From Candidatus Undinarchaeota archaeon (GTDB lineage: Archaea > SpSt-1190 > JASMDC01), in contig CAZFHY010000013.1 in NCBI GenBank assembly GCA_964519305.1, positions 1-64,000 on the forward strand: 64,000 nucleotides of DNA. The letters are read 5' to 3'. Below, piece by piece: positions 7,611 through 18,400 of this stretch. The notes under the pieces are model-generated. The model had not been told where the DNA came from and searched no databases. It saw only the letters and a list, made by a program, of their open reading frames with translations. The position numbers and the translations under genes were made by a program. Every line of letters begins with the position of its first letter. The stretch's first letter is position 1.

Positions 7611-8840
7611 TCAGGCCAGTGCCCGCTTGATAACGGCCACGGTCCGCTCCATGTCCTGTTCGCTAAGGGTGTGCCACACGGGCAGGGCCAATCCCTGTGC
7701 ATCGGCACGGGCGGCGACTGGGCAGGGCCGAGCGTACTGCTTCAGGGCGGGCAGGTTGGAGCAGTCGTCAGCTATGTTCACCTTCGTATCGATACCTGCG
7801 CGGAACAGCTCCTGCACCAGACGCTGGCGGTCCTCGACCTGGATGACGTAGTGGTAGTAGATGTGGCGTCCGCCATCCGCCTCCTCGGGCACTGTCACAC
7901 CAGGGACGTCCCGTAGGCCCTCGGTGAGAATCTTGGCTCGTTCCCTGCGCGCGTCACTGCTGTCGTCCAGTCCGTCGAGCTGGACAAGCCCCGTCCGCGC
8001 CTGGAGGGATGACATACGCACCGTGTAGTTCGCTGGCATCTCGTCCTGGAGCGTCTCGTCGTGTGACATGCCCTTGGGCGCTCCCCCGCGGACCATGGAG
8101 AGCAGCCGCAGCGGCGGGTACAGGCCGAGCGAGTACACCCACGGCCGGGAGAGGACACCGCCTACTGAGCCTATGGCCACCTTGATGGCGAGCTGCTTCC
8201 TGCCGGGAAGCGTATACTCTCGCTCGAGGGCGCGCACCTTTTCGGCCAGCTCCTCGTCGTCCGTCGTGACCATCCCGCCGCCGAAGGCGGTCATGTTCTT
8301 GAACAGGTTGAAGGAGAAGAGACCCGCTTTGCCAAGTGAACCCGCCCGCCGGTCGCGGTACGATGCGCCGTTCGCCTGGGCACAATCCTCTATTACCGGC
8401 ACGCCCCGCTCCTCCGCCAGCTCCAGCACCTCGTCCATGGGTGCTGGATTGCCGAACAGGTGGGTGGGGACCAGAACACCGGTGTCATCCCCGACAACCG
8501 ACCGGAGCGTCTCGGCGGAGACGTTGAGCGTGCCCGGCCCCACGTCGGCGAACACGGGCCGTCCGTTTGCCATGAGGGCGACATTGCCCATGCCCCAGAA
8601 GGTGAAGGCGGGTAGAACTACCCCCTTCCCCTCAACGTCCAAGGCCCGTAGCAGGTGGTGGAAGCCCGTCCGCGCGGAGCCCACGGCGACGGCATGACGC
8701 ACTCCGATCAGGGCTGCGAAACGTCGCTCGAGCTTCGTGACGGCGTCGGGATCCTCGCTGCCGAACAGGCCACAAGCCCCCCTGACGGTGTCGGCCAGTC
8801 CGACATTGACGTGGTGCCGCGGGAAGCTCTTGAGGCCCAT
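7611..8840 (-). CDS. DegT/DnrJ/EryC1/StrS family PLP-dependent sugar aminotransferase
   Basis: HAVAVGSA, VLPAFTF, PVFADV, THLFGNP, IEDCAQA, FSFNLFKNM (catalytic Lys), LALPV. Start placed at MGLKSFP. Confidence 0.93.
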   Translation of the reverse strand: MGLKSFPRHHVNVGLADTVRGACGLFGSEDPDAVTKLERRFAALIGVRHAVAVGSARTGFHHLLRALDVEGKGVVLPAFTFWGMGNVALMANGRPVFADVGPGTLNVSAETLRSVVGDDTGVLVPTHLFGNPAPMDEVLELAEERGVPVIEDCAQANGASYRDRRAGSLGKAGLFSFNLFKNMTAFGGGMVTTDDEELAEKVRALEREYTLPGRKQLAIKVAIGSVGGVLSRPWVYSLGLYPPLRLLSMVRGGAPKGMSHDETLQDEMPANYTVRMSSLQARTGLVQLDGLDDSSDARRERAKILTEGLRDVPGVTVPEEADGGRHIYYHYVIQVEDRQRLVQELFRAGIDTKVNIADDCSNLPALKQYARPCPVAARADAQGLALPVWHTLSEQDMERTVAVIKRALA

Positions 8841-8984
8841 GGGGCAAGAGGTGCGGTGCAGGTTTTTCAATGTTTGCTCAAGGTCGGGATGTATCGTCGA
8901 GCACTCATTTTCGGATTCACGGTGTGATCCCAAGGATCTATCGCCCCCGAGTCCCCAACGGGTCCGATGAAACACATTTGAGGG

Positions 8985-9701
8985 ATGAGCCACATTATAC
9001 TGTCGATGCAGGATCCTGCGTTCTCAGCCTCGGTCCTTGCGATCGCTGCATGCATGAGCGTGACCCACTACCTCAGCCACCGCATCTCCGTGTTCATGGA
9101 GGAGCACCACTATCGTGTCCTGAGCTTCAGCGGCGGTTCGCTCATCGCCCTCATCTTCCTGGTCCTCCTGCCGGAGACGGTGCGCATCGCCCGCACAGAC
9201 GACGTCTACCTACTCCTCCTGGCGGGCTTCGTGGCGTTCCATCTGACCGAGAAGTATCTCTACCAGCACGTGCGCAACAAGTGCGATCTCCTGGAGGACC
9301 TGCGCGAACTCCACGTAGCGGGTTTCTTCGTGGACCATTTCATCCTCGGGTTCGTTCTTGTGACGACCGTTGAGCTCACACCCCAGGCGGGTTATCTGAT
9401 CCTCATCCCGGTGTTCCTCCACACGATCTCGTCCTCTATCACCATGGAGCACATCCACGAAACTGCGGAGACGCATGTACACAAGCTGCTGCTCTCGGCC
9501 TCACCGCTTCTCGGCGCTATTGTGGCCCTCGCCCTAGAGGTAGAGGCACAGACGGAAGCATCGGTCCTGGCGTTCATCATCGGGATGCTGCTCTACATCG
9601 TCAACCGCGACATCATCCCCAAGGAGGAGAAGGGTCGTCCGGCCATGTTCATTACCGGGCTGGCGGTGGTAGTCGTGCCCTGGTTCCTGATCTCGCACTG
9701 A
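8985..9701 (+). CDS. ZIP-family-like metal transporter membrane protein
   Basis: SFSGG..IFLVLLPE, FHLTEK, His-rich TM segments (ELH..DHF, FLHT). True start may be ATG 9006. Confidence 0.7.
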   Translation: MSHIILSMQDPAFSASVLAIAACMSVTHYLSHRISVFMEEHHYRVLSFSGGSLIALIFLVLLPETVRIARTDDVYLLLLAGFVAFHLTEKYLYQHVRNKCDLLEDLRELHVAGFFVDHFILGFVLVTTVELTPQAGYLILIPVFLHTISSSITMEHIHETAETHVHKLLLSASPLLGAIVALALEVEAQTEASVLAFIIGMLLYIVNRDIIPKEEKGRPAMFITGLAVVVVPWFLISH

Positions 9702-9727
9702 GCATGCTCTCTGGGAACGAGGATTGT

Positions 9728-9752
9728 GGGCGAGGGGAAACGCCCCCCGCCC
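9728..9752. terminator. GC-rich hairpin between the convergent ZIP gene and tRNA
   Basis: GGGCGAGGGG-AAACG-CCCCCCGCCC imperfect inverted repeat. Confidence 0.45.
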
Positions 9753-9754
9753 GG

Positions 9755-9828
<74 letters not shown>

Positions 9829-9886
9829 GCGTCGGGGAAGGCACAGGCACAGCCACAATTATAAAGGTTTTCCATTGCCCCGGTGC

Positions 9887-10552
9887 GTGGCCGAAGACGA
9901 GGGGGAGAAGGCCGAGCACGAGGCGCTCGTTCGCGGTGCTTTCACCTTATTCCTGCTGAGCGCCGTGTTCTACATCCCGCTCGATCTCGCCACGACGTAC
10001 ATCTTCTTCACAAGCGTTGGAGGCGGCATCGAGCTCAATCCGTTCTTCGGTGGGCCCATGGCAAGGTGTACGACCCGCCTGTGCATCCTAGGCGTGCTGG
10101 GTGGGCTCTTCCTGCTCAAGGCAGCGCTTCTCGGATGGTTCGGGTTCATGCTCCTAGTGTACCGGTACGATCCGACGAAGGAGATCATCTACTCCCAGCT
10201 CCTGCTCCGGATATCTCTTGTATCCGCGCTGCTGTCCATCCTGCTGGTGGCCAACAACGCCCTCTTCCTCTGGCTCTACCTGTTCGAGCTTTACGCTACG
10301 TGGTTCCAGGTTGCCCTCTTCCTGACGTTCGCCATCTACGCGACCTCGTTCATACTTGGCATGGTGCTCAACCGGGAGCCCGTGGTGATCGCGGCCGACG
10401 TCGACCTCCCGGTGCTCCTTGTGGTCACCTTGGTGGTGTCGTTCATCCTGTGGGAGATATCTGGCATCCCCTACATCGCCGTGTCCTTCGCCATCCTGAC
10501 GTACGGCAACCTCGAGGTGTTCCGCTACTACTGGGAGGGCGGGGAGAGGTAG
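9887..10552 (+). CDS. Hypothetical multi-pass membrane protein (DLATT...ELNP motif, DUF5658-like N-terminus)
   Basis: About 6-7 hydrophobic helices. GTG start about 25 bp from the TATA shared with the tRNA. Confidence 0.65.
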   Translation: MAEDEGEKAEHEALVRGAFTLFLLSAVFYIPLDLATTYIFFTSVGGGIELNPFFGGPMARCTTRLCILGVLGGLFLLKAALLGWFGFMLLVYRYDPTKEIIYSQLLLRISLVSALLSILLVANNALFLWLYLFELYATWFQVALFLTFAIYATSFILGMVLNREPVVIAADVDLPVLLVVTLVVSFILWEISGIPYIAVSFAILTYGNLEVFRYYWEGGER

Positions 10553-10553
10553 C

Positions 10554-12089
10554 CTACCATCCCATCTCCGCAGCAGGCCCCCCGGGCCGCTCACGGATCC
10601 ATCGCACGATCTCGTTCTTGGTGTCGAACAGCTCGTAGCCACGGAACAGCAGGTGGGCAGGTGCCGAGACGTTCGGTGTATGGGCACGCAGGGCGGCCAG
10701 GATACGCTGACGCGAGCGCTCCTGCCCCTCCTTCTTCTGGTCCCAGGGAACGCCTCCCTCGTCGAAGTGTATGTGCGCACGATTGCCGTCCCACACTACA
10801 TCCCGGTTCTCGATGATGGCATCGATACCGAACTCATCGGGATGCTGCATGATGACCGACGCCCGATAGGGGATGAACACGAGCACATTGTAGTTGTCCA
10901 TGGTATGACCGTGGGTGCGGATGAACGCCTCGGTGAGGGCGATATCCTCCTCCGTCTCGGAGACGAAACCGGCGATGAGGTTCACGAGGTTCCAGATCCC
11001 AGCTTCGTGGGAGGCCTCCAGCACCGCGCCCGCACCGTCGACGGTGAACCCCTTGCGCATGAGCTCAAGGAGGCGTGGGCTTCCCGTCTCCGCACCGTAG
11101 GTGAGGCGCACGCATCCCGATGCGCGGAGACGGTCGAGGCGCGATCGGTCCAGGCCTGTTGGCCGGGCCGAGTCCATCCACAATATGTCGAGCCCCTCCC
11201 GCGCGACCGCGTCGCACCAGTCCCGGACGTACTTCTTCGAGATGTTGAACGTGTTGTCCAGGAATAGGAAATGTCGGGAGCTGTAGGTATCGGAGAGCCG
11301 TGCGAGCTCACCGACCACCTTGTCCATAGCCTTTGCCCGGAGCCCGTCGAGATTATAGCTGTAGTAATTGCAGAACGTACAGTGACTGGGACAGCCCTTA
11401 ACGAGCTGGTAGGGCAGGGGGAGGATGGTGGCGCCGTCCACGTCCAGCGAGTACACGTCCATGGGAAGTCCGCTGAAATCGGGTGCGGGGACCTCCTCGA
11501 TGGGCAGATGAGCGCGAACGTTGCTTTGGACCACGCCGTCCGCGTCCCGGTACACGAGCCCCGGCACGTCCTCCACGCGACGCGTCCCCTCCAGATGCTC
11601 TAGAAGTCCCAGCATGGGGATCTCTGCCTCGTCCATGACCACATAGTCGACGAAGGACGCCTGGGCCAGTGTCTCCTCACCGACATTGGGACCACCCAGC
11701 ATTATCGTGGCACCGGTCGTCCCCTTGAGGTGGCGAGCGAGGCAGAGGGCAGGCAGCACCTGGTCCGGCTCCATCACGGAGAGTCCGATCAGGTCAGCGC
11801 CGCGGATGTCCACCTTCCGCGCCATGCGCTCGACCAGGGTATCCAGGTAGGGATCGGGTCGACCGTCGAGGTAGGGCAGCACCCGGCCACGGTCGGCCAA
11901 GAAGAGAAGGTTGACGTGAAGGGTACGAGCGGGTGTGCGGTTGTCCCGCCACACCAGGGCGTCCACGTCGTCCTGGTCCACCGCAACACCGTTGGTGCGG
12001 AGGAACGCGGCCAATGTCGCCTGCCCCAGCGGGAGGGTGCGCGGATGGGTCCCGCCGTCTGTTGGGGCGAAGAGCAGATGTACCTTCAT
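10554..12089 (-). CDS. B12-binding domain radical SAM protein
   Basis: LPLGQATLAAFL, IMLGGP, KGCPSHCTFC, FLDNTFN, YGAETGS. Confidence 0.92.
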   Translation of the reverse strand: MKVHLLFAPTDGGTHPRTLPLGQATLAAFLRTNGVAVDQDDVDALVWRDNRTPARTLHVNLLFLADRGRVLPYLDGRPDPYLDTLVERMARKVDIRGADLIGLSVMEPDQVLPALCLARHLKGTTGATIMLGGPNVGEETLAQASFVDYVVMDEAEIPMLGLLEHLEGTRRVEDVPGLVYRDADGVVQSNVRAHLPIEEVPAPDFSGLPMDVYSLDVDGATILPLPYQLVKGCPSHCTFCNYYSYNLDGLRAKAMDKVVGELARLSDTYSSRHFLFLDNTFNISKKYVRDWCDAVAREGLDILWMDSARPTGLDRSRLDRLRASGCVRLTYGAETGSPRLLELMRKGFTVDGAGAVLEASHEAGIWNLVNLIAGFVSETEEDIALTEAFIRTHGHTMDNYNVLVFIPYRASVIMQHPDEFGIDAIIENRDVVWDGNRAHIHFDEGGVPWDQKKEGQERSRQRILAALRAHTPNVSAPAHLLFRGYELFDTKNEIVRWIRERPGGPAAEMGW

Positions 12090-12146
12090 CCCGGGGAGCG
12101 GGAGGCGTTCTAGGTTATTTATACTTTGAGTCGCTTGCCCCGTTCC

Positions 12147-13109
12147 ATGCTGCTCAAGGACATCGATGTATGCGTAACCGGCGGTGCGGGTTTCATCGGG
12201 TCGTCCATGACCGACGCTCTGCTAGAGCGTGGGTGCCGGACCACCGTCATCGATGACCTCTCGGCAAGCGACATGTCCAGACTAGCAAAGGCCAAGTGGC
12301 ACGAGACGTTCAGGTTCGTGAAGGGGGACGTGCGCAAGCCCGATGACCTGGACCGAGCGCTCCCTGGGTGCAAGGCCGTGGTCCATCTGGCCGCCAATCC
12401 CGAGGTGCGTGGTACGGCGACCGAGGTCCACCTCGAGCAGAACGTGCTTGCCACTCATACGATACTGGAGGGAATGCGCCGTCACGACGTGCCATTCCTC
12501 CTGTTCGCCTCGACATCCACGGTGTACGGGGAGGCCGACCAGGTCCCCACTCCCGAGGACTACGGTCCGTGCAATCCCATATCCTTCTACGGCGCCTCGA
12601 AGCTCGCGTGCGAGGCCATGATATCCTCCTACTGCCATCTCTACGGCCTTCGGGCCGTCTCGATGCGCTTAGCGAACGTCGTTGGACCGCGCTCGGGTCA
12701 CGGCGTGTTGTTCGACTTCGTGCGCAAGCTCCGCGCCGATCCCTCCCGCTTGGAGGTCCTGGGGGACGGTACCCAGACCAAATCGTACATCTTCATCGAC
12801 GACTGTATCAACGGATTCGTCCTGGCCGCGCAGCGCACCGAGGCCGCGTACGACGTGTACAACATGGGTTCGGCCGACCGCGTACCAGTAACGCGGATCG
12901 CCGAGCTGGTCATCGAGGAGATGGGGGCGGACTGCAAGGACGCGTGCATCGAGTACACCGGCGGCGTGGACGGCGGTCGGGGTTGGGCCGGCGACGTGAA
13001 AATCATGCAGCTGGGGTGCGACAAGCTCAGGAAGCTGGGCTGGAAGCCCGAGAACGGTTCTGAGGAGAGTCTGCGGATGACGCTGCGTGGGATGCTAGGC
13101 AAGGAGTAA
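12147..13109 (+). CDS. NAD-dependent sugar epimerase/dehydratase (archaeal GalE-like)
   Basis: TGGAGFIG, HLAANP, STSTVYG, YGASK, GRGWAGDV. A divergent TATA (TTATTTATA) lies at about 12115-12123. Confidence 0.95.
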   Translation: MLLKDIDVCVTGGAGFIGSSMTDALLERGCRTTVIDDLSASDMSRLAKAKWHETFRFVKGDVRKPDDLDRALPGCKAVVHLAANPEVRGTATEVHLEQNVLATHTILEGMRRHDVPFLLFASTSTVYGEADQVPTPEDYGPCNPISFYGASKLACEAMISSYCHLYGLRAVSMRLANVVGPRSGHGVLFDFVRKLRADPSRLEVLGDGTQTKSYIFIDDCINGFVLAAQRTEAAYDVYNMGSADRVPVTRIAELVIEEMGADCKDACIEYTGGVDGGRGWAGDVKIMQLGCDKLRKLGWKPENGSEESLRMTLRGMLGKE

Positions 13110-13112
13110 GCG

Positions 13113-15185
13113 TCACTTCTTCCCCTTGGAGCCCTTCTTCGCCCGTGTGATGCTGCTCTTCCCCCGAGGTCCTTTCCGCAGGGATGACGCTGGCTTCTCC
13201 TTGACCTCCGCTGCAGGCTTCGACACGGTCTTTTTCCCCTTGGTAACGGTCGGGGCAGGAGATGTCACGGCGGGTCCGGTGCCATCCACTCCTTTAACGA
13301 CCGTCACTTCCTGCTTCACTTCCCTTCCGAGGACCAAGAGAATTATGATACCGACCACGAGGAACATGCTGAAGAATACAAGGAAACCTCCTACGGAGGG
13401 TCCGCTGTCCTGCTCCTGCCACGCTTCTGTCCCTTTTCCCGCGACGTCCTCCATGCCCTCAACGTCCTCGCCGCCGCCGGTGTCCAGGTCCGCCCTGCCC
13501 CTCAACGGTGCGGGGGTGGCCTGCTCCCACGGGTTCGTCGGTTCCGGCCACGGGAGGTCCTGAACGTCGGGCGGTGTCTCCGGCTCTTCGAAATCGGTGT
13601 CGCCCCCCGACTCCTTAACCGGGAGGAACTCTTCGACAGCGGTGGTTCCGTCCTGTTCTTCAGGAGGTGTGGCGATACGGAGCGGAAGCTTGCCGGTGAG
13701 TCGTCTGCCCGTGTCGTTCACGACGACCACTATGTCCCCGGCCCAGTTCTCCCTGACCTCCAGCCCAATCATGAGCGGCTCCTCGACATCGCGCCCCTCT
13801 GCGATGATGACCTCGTATCCGGTGGAATCGTACACACCCACGTCGACCTTTCCCTTCCCCCGGAATCCGTCCTCGTCAGTGAGCTCGACAACGAGGATGA
13901 GGCCGTCGCCCACCTTAATCGTGTCGAGCGTGCCCTCCGGGGAGCGGGCCGTCACCCTCACCTGAGTGACATTTGGTGGGAACTTCTCCTTGTCAAGGTG
14001 GACGGTCAGAGAGCTGATCGGGACACCCTTCAGTGATAAAGTGCCCTTCAGGGTCCAGTTGGTGAGCCGGCGCTGGGGCTGGAGCTGGAATCGCTCGAGG
14101 AGCACACCCTCTCCGCTCGAGACCGAGACCGGGGACGAGCCCTTCCACACGTGCCCCCGTTCGTCCTCGATCAGGATGGCGAACTCGGCACCCTCCAGAT
14201 CGGTCTGCCGGTCAGCGGGTGATACGAACTCCACCGATATGTTCAGGTCCTGACCCCTGTTAATCAGAGGCCGGTGCGGGGTCATACGTGCGACCCTGCC
14301 GCTGTCGCCAACGACGTCGATGCGGCTCCTATAGATCGAGAGCAGTCGATTACCGGCGTATGCCTCGATGAGGATGGTGTAGGCGGTGATCCGGTCCGGT
14401 GAGCGGAAGGTGCCGTTGATGAGCCGCACCTCGCCCGGACCGATCGTCCCGACATGATGGCGGGACTGAACTAGCGGGATGGACGGCGTTAGCGGATCTA
14501 ATCCCGAGACGGGCTCGGTGTCGTCCCAGTCGTAGATAGTCACGCGCAGCTCTACGTCATCCAGCGCGTCCGTGCCCTCGTTCAGGAAGGTCACGTTGAA
14601 AGGCTGCTCGCTCCCCGGATCGACGCGGGGACCGACGGGGCCTATCTCATGGGCGAAGTAAGTCTCGTTGCGCAGCATCCGCAGGCTCGTCCAAGGCCCC
14701 GGGTTCTCGACGATGAAGTGGGGGCAGTAGAGGTGGGGCTCACAGGGTGTCAGGGACTGTGTGGGCGTGAAGTAGATGAAAGGGACGCCAGTGACCGGAC
14801 TATGGGTCGTCTTGAGATACCCGTCGAGCCGGTAGAGTCCAGGACGCGCCCAGACGGGGATTGGGACCGTGAAGCGCCGCTTCACAACGGTTTTCGGCCA
14901 AACGTGGATACCCCGCTCCACCTGCTCGAAGATGACGTTATCCCAGGAGTCCTGTGAGTACGGCTCGGGCACGTCCGCTCCATCGACCAGCTGGAAGGCT
15001 ATGTACCCGTCCACGATGGGTGACTCGAACGCCTGGACCTCGACCTCGACGAGGAGGCCCTCCCCCGCAATATAGCGGTACCTATCGAGACGTAGCTCCA
15101 TGGCACCCGATGTGAACGTGGGCAGGAGCGCGGCCGCCTGCTGGCAAGCGAGGAGCATCGCTAGAACGATTATACTTGCGATCAT
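13113..15185 (-). CDS. Secreted membrane-anchored protein with Ig-like/beta-rich domains
   Basis: Signal peptide MIASIIVLAMLLACQQAAA, beta-rich body, acidic Pro-rich linker, TM helix, Lys-rich tail. Start is uncertain (15185 or 15221). Confidence 0.75.
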   Translation of the reverse strand: MIASIIVLAMLLACQQAAALLPTFTSGAMELRLDRYRYIAGEGLLVEVEVQAFESPIVDGYIAFQLVDGADVPEPYSQDSWDNVIFEQVERGIHVWPKTVVKRRFTVPIPVWARPGLYRLDGYLKTTHSPVTGVPFIYFTPTQSLTPCEPHLYCPHFIVENPGPWTSLRMLRNETYFAHEIGPVGPRVDPGSEQPFNVTFLNEGTDALDDVELRVTIYDWDDTEPVSGLDPLTPSIPLVQSRHHVGTIGPGEVRLINGTFRSPDRITAYTILIEAYAGNRLLSIYRSRIDVVGDSGRVARMTPHRPLINRGQDLNISVEFVSPADRQTDLEGAEFAILIEDERGHVWKGSSPVSVSSGEGVLLERFQLQPQRRLTNWTLKGTLSLKGVPISSLTVHLDKEKFPPNVTQVRVTARSPEGTLDTIKVGDGLILVVELTDEDGFRGKGKVDVGVYDSTGYEVIIAEGRDVEEPLMIGLEVRENWAGDIVVVVNDTGRRLTGKLPLRIATPPEEQDGTTAVEEFLPVKESGGDTDFEEPETPPDVQDLPWPEPTNPWEQATPAPLRGRADLDTGGGEDVEGMEDVAGKGTEAWQEQDSGPSVGGFLVFFSMFLVVGIIILLVLGREVKQEVTVVKGVDGTGPAVTSPAPTVTKGKKTVSKPAAEVKEKPASSLRKGPRGKSSITRAKKGSKGKK

Positions 15186-15330
15186 GGCCGTTCGGCCCGA
15201 GCGCTCCGTTCCGTCATGCATGAGGACCCGTGCTCCAACGAAATTGATACAGGATATATTATTAATCCTCATTGATTCCTGCGGCTTGAGATTTGAACGG
15301 TCGCCAAATGAGTATTTAAAGTGTATTTAA

Positions 15331-15360
15331 GATATATACACATATATATGCGTATATATC
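15331..15360. promoter_or_regulatory. 30-bp AT-rich palindrome in a divergent promoter region
   Basis: GATATATAC-A-CATATATATG-C-GTATATATC (14 of 15 pairs), preceded by two GTATTTAA copies. Confidence 0.7.
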
Positions 15361-15420
15361 AGTATGGCCATAGGTTATAATGGCTGGGCTGCTTTAGCAC
15401 TTATTAGGGGAGTATGGGGA

Positions 15421-18400
15421 ATGTCCTGTAAACACCGCAACAGTAGGCCTATTGCCTACCTGATCATATCAGCCATCGTACTGGCCTCGCTCGTAGTGGG
15501 TGAGCCCAAGCTGATGGTAAAGATAACGGATGTCGAGTCGGGCCTGCGGATCCCGCAGGAGTACACACCTCACCCCGGCGACGTCATCTCTGTGAAAGTG
15601 CAGGGCAAGCGCGAGCTCGTGCGCGATTCCATCATCACGTTCGGTAGGGATGACTTCATCGTACGCAAGGATGCCGATGATTGGGGGACCGCGACCTTTA
15701 CCATCCCGCAGGGCGCCACCGGCGAGTTCACCGTATTCGCGACGCTAATGGACATGGAGGCCGAGCTTGTCACCTTCCCCGTCCAGAACGACCTGGGCAT
15801 CGAGCTCGTCTCAAAGCCATGGCGGACAACGGACGCATGCGAAAATACCGAGCTCGCTGTGCGTGTGAGGGACGAGAGCGGGAACACCATCACCGGGGCA
15901 ACTGTATGGTTCGGTGAGGATTTCGAGCTAACCGGGCTCGACGGCATCGCACGGCACCAGCTCCCGACGGGGACCGCGAACCCTCTCCTCTTACGCGCGA
16001 TGAAGGCACAATACGGAGAAGCGCAGTTGAGCGTCTCCGTTGGCACGAGGAGGATCCAGAACGTTGTGGTACACCCTCAGAAGAGCGATGATCCACGGAA
16101 GCCCTGGAAGTACGGTACCGTGTGCAGGGGCGGTGAGATCATGGTCAAGATCAACACAGAGTGCTTCCCCGAGACCGAGCTCTTCGAAGTGTTCGTCGAG
16201 GACATCTTCATCGGCTTCTGCGCCCCAGAGGGCTCCGAGCGCTACTCTCTTTGGGAGGACCGGAACGGCAACGGCAAACAGGACCCTGGCGAGATAGTCC
16301 AGTACTGCAACCTCGCCCTCCCGCTCTCCGTCGGCCCCGGTCAGCACGGTGTGAGCGTGTTCTACAAGAACGAGACCGTAGGCGAGGGCGATATAGTCAT
16401 CCCCGAGGGCGAGGACACGGAGTACGACTGGCGGTGCGGCGAGGACCCGGACACGACGACGGGCGACCTACCGAACGAATGCTGGTTCTTCGTCTCATCC
16501 TCGTGCGTAGCGAACCGTTGCTTCCACAGCTGGGGACGCAACTCGGGCGGCGAGGTGTTCTCCACGATCATACGGACGCTCGCCGACGACCTCCCCTGGG
16601 AACCGGGGATCCAGGTGTGCCCCGGCAGGCCCGTGTTCACCGCCAGGTTCGGAGGAATGGACCTGCGCTGCAGTAATGGTGTGTTCCGCAGGAACCGGGG
16701 TCGTGCTCCGGTATACGCGCGGATCATGGACTGCCCCCTGGGTGGTTGTGGCGAGGATCCACTGCGCACGCCGGGCGAGATAGTCTCAATGGACCAGACC
16801 AACTCAATCTGCAATCTCTACGTTTCGGGGATGGGCTGGGTCCAGGGAATAGGGATGAAGGCTGAGCTCAAGAGGAAGACCCGTTCCAGCACGTGCTGGT
16901 TCGGATGGAACCACAACGCCAGGGACATGTCTGTGAACGCTCCGGGCGATCCGGGTGAGTACAAGCTCTTCTTCGATGCCGTCACACGTATCTGTGACAA
17001 TCCCCGTGTAACGTCCGGCAGGCGCTATTGGACATGTCCCGACTGCAAGGGCGAGAACGCGCCAGCCAGCTGCTCCCAGGACGCTTCGTGCATGTATAGA
17101 GGTCGCTGGGTGAGGAAGAGGGCGTGGGGATCTGACGGCTGGCAGATCGCTGCTGGTGAGCCCAAGGTGTTCGAGGTTATCCCACCGAGGCTCTTTATCC
17201 TCCAGTACCCGCAAGAGCCGCTATGCCCCGGGGCAGCCATCGAGCCCGTGGTCTATCACGCCATGTGCATCGATCCGACGACCGTCGCCGACCTCATGGA
17301 GTGGGACCCTGAGAGCGGCACATCGAGGGCCATACCCCTGGGCGAGTGCGGGGCAGAGGGCGCCGAAGATCCCTTGGCCGGGAGCGTCGTAGTGGCAAAC
17401 CTGACGTGCCAGGGCCTTACGGTCCCGGAGGACCTGGACTTCATCGGCGGCAGGACCTATGAGCTCGCCCTCCGGACCACCGGTGACACCGTCTACCAGG
17501 ACCGACGGGTTCTCCAGATCTCCGGGAAGAGCCTAAGCGTGCCCTCCATCGATTCACCGGTGTGCACGAACGACACCATGCGTATCCCATTCGTCGCACA
17601 GTGCACCCTACCGCCCTCAGGATTCTTCTTCGGGGAGGAAGAGGCCGCTGGTGACTGCGCACCGTGCGCGGAGCCTGGTGTGACCTGCCGCTCCAACTGC
17701 ACGCTGATCGTTCCGGATGAGATCGATGAGGGCTGGCACCGGTTCACCGTGACGAACGAAGCCAGTGAGAACACGACCGCGTTCGTTGAGGTGTGGAAGC
17801 CCGGATCGCTCAACCTCAGGGAGATCTATCTTACCAAGAGTAAATGCAAGAAGTGTAGGATCCTTATCCTCGATGTGTTCAATCCGGGACCCGGTGAGGT
17901 CCCCCTCATGGGGCTCAGCGACCAAGCTGAGAGGTACGTAGTGCCCAATCTGCCCGCCTGTAAAGTCACGGCCGACTCCGATAATCCCATCTCTGTTGGT
18001 CCGGGTAGCTCGGCGAACCTTACATTCAACATCAAATGCAATGTTCCCATGAAGCAGACCATTTCGATACACTTCAACGTCACGGCGTTCTACTCCGACA
18101 AGTGCGGATGCAGCCAGTTGGTCGATGGCGGACGCCAGTACGTGGACAAGTACTGCAAGGCCACCGACTCCTGGGACGTCGTAATCACCTACAAAGGTAC
18201 GGGGGCTCCGTGCAAGCGCAAGGACGCCAAGGACGGGTACTGCGAGCTCGACGACCCGCGCACCGAGGCCGATGAAGAAGGTGTATGTCTCCCGCTCAGC
18301 GGTAGCGGGGACGCTCCATGCATCGGCTCGCTCTGCGGCTCGGTGACGGCCATCGAAACTGTCGAGGAGGAGGAGGAGGAGCAAGTACCAGGAGAGGAAG

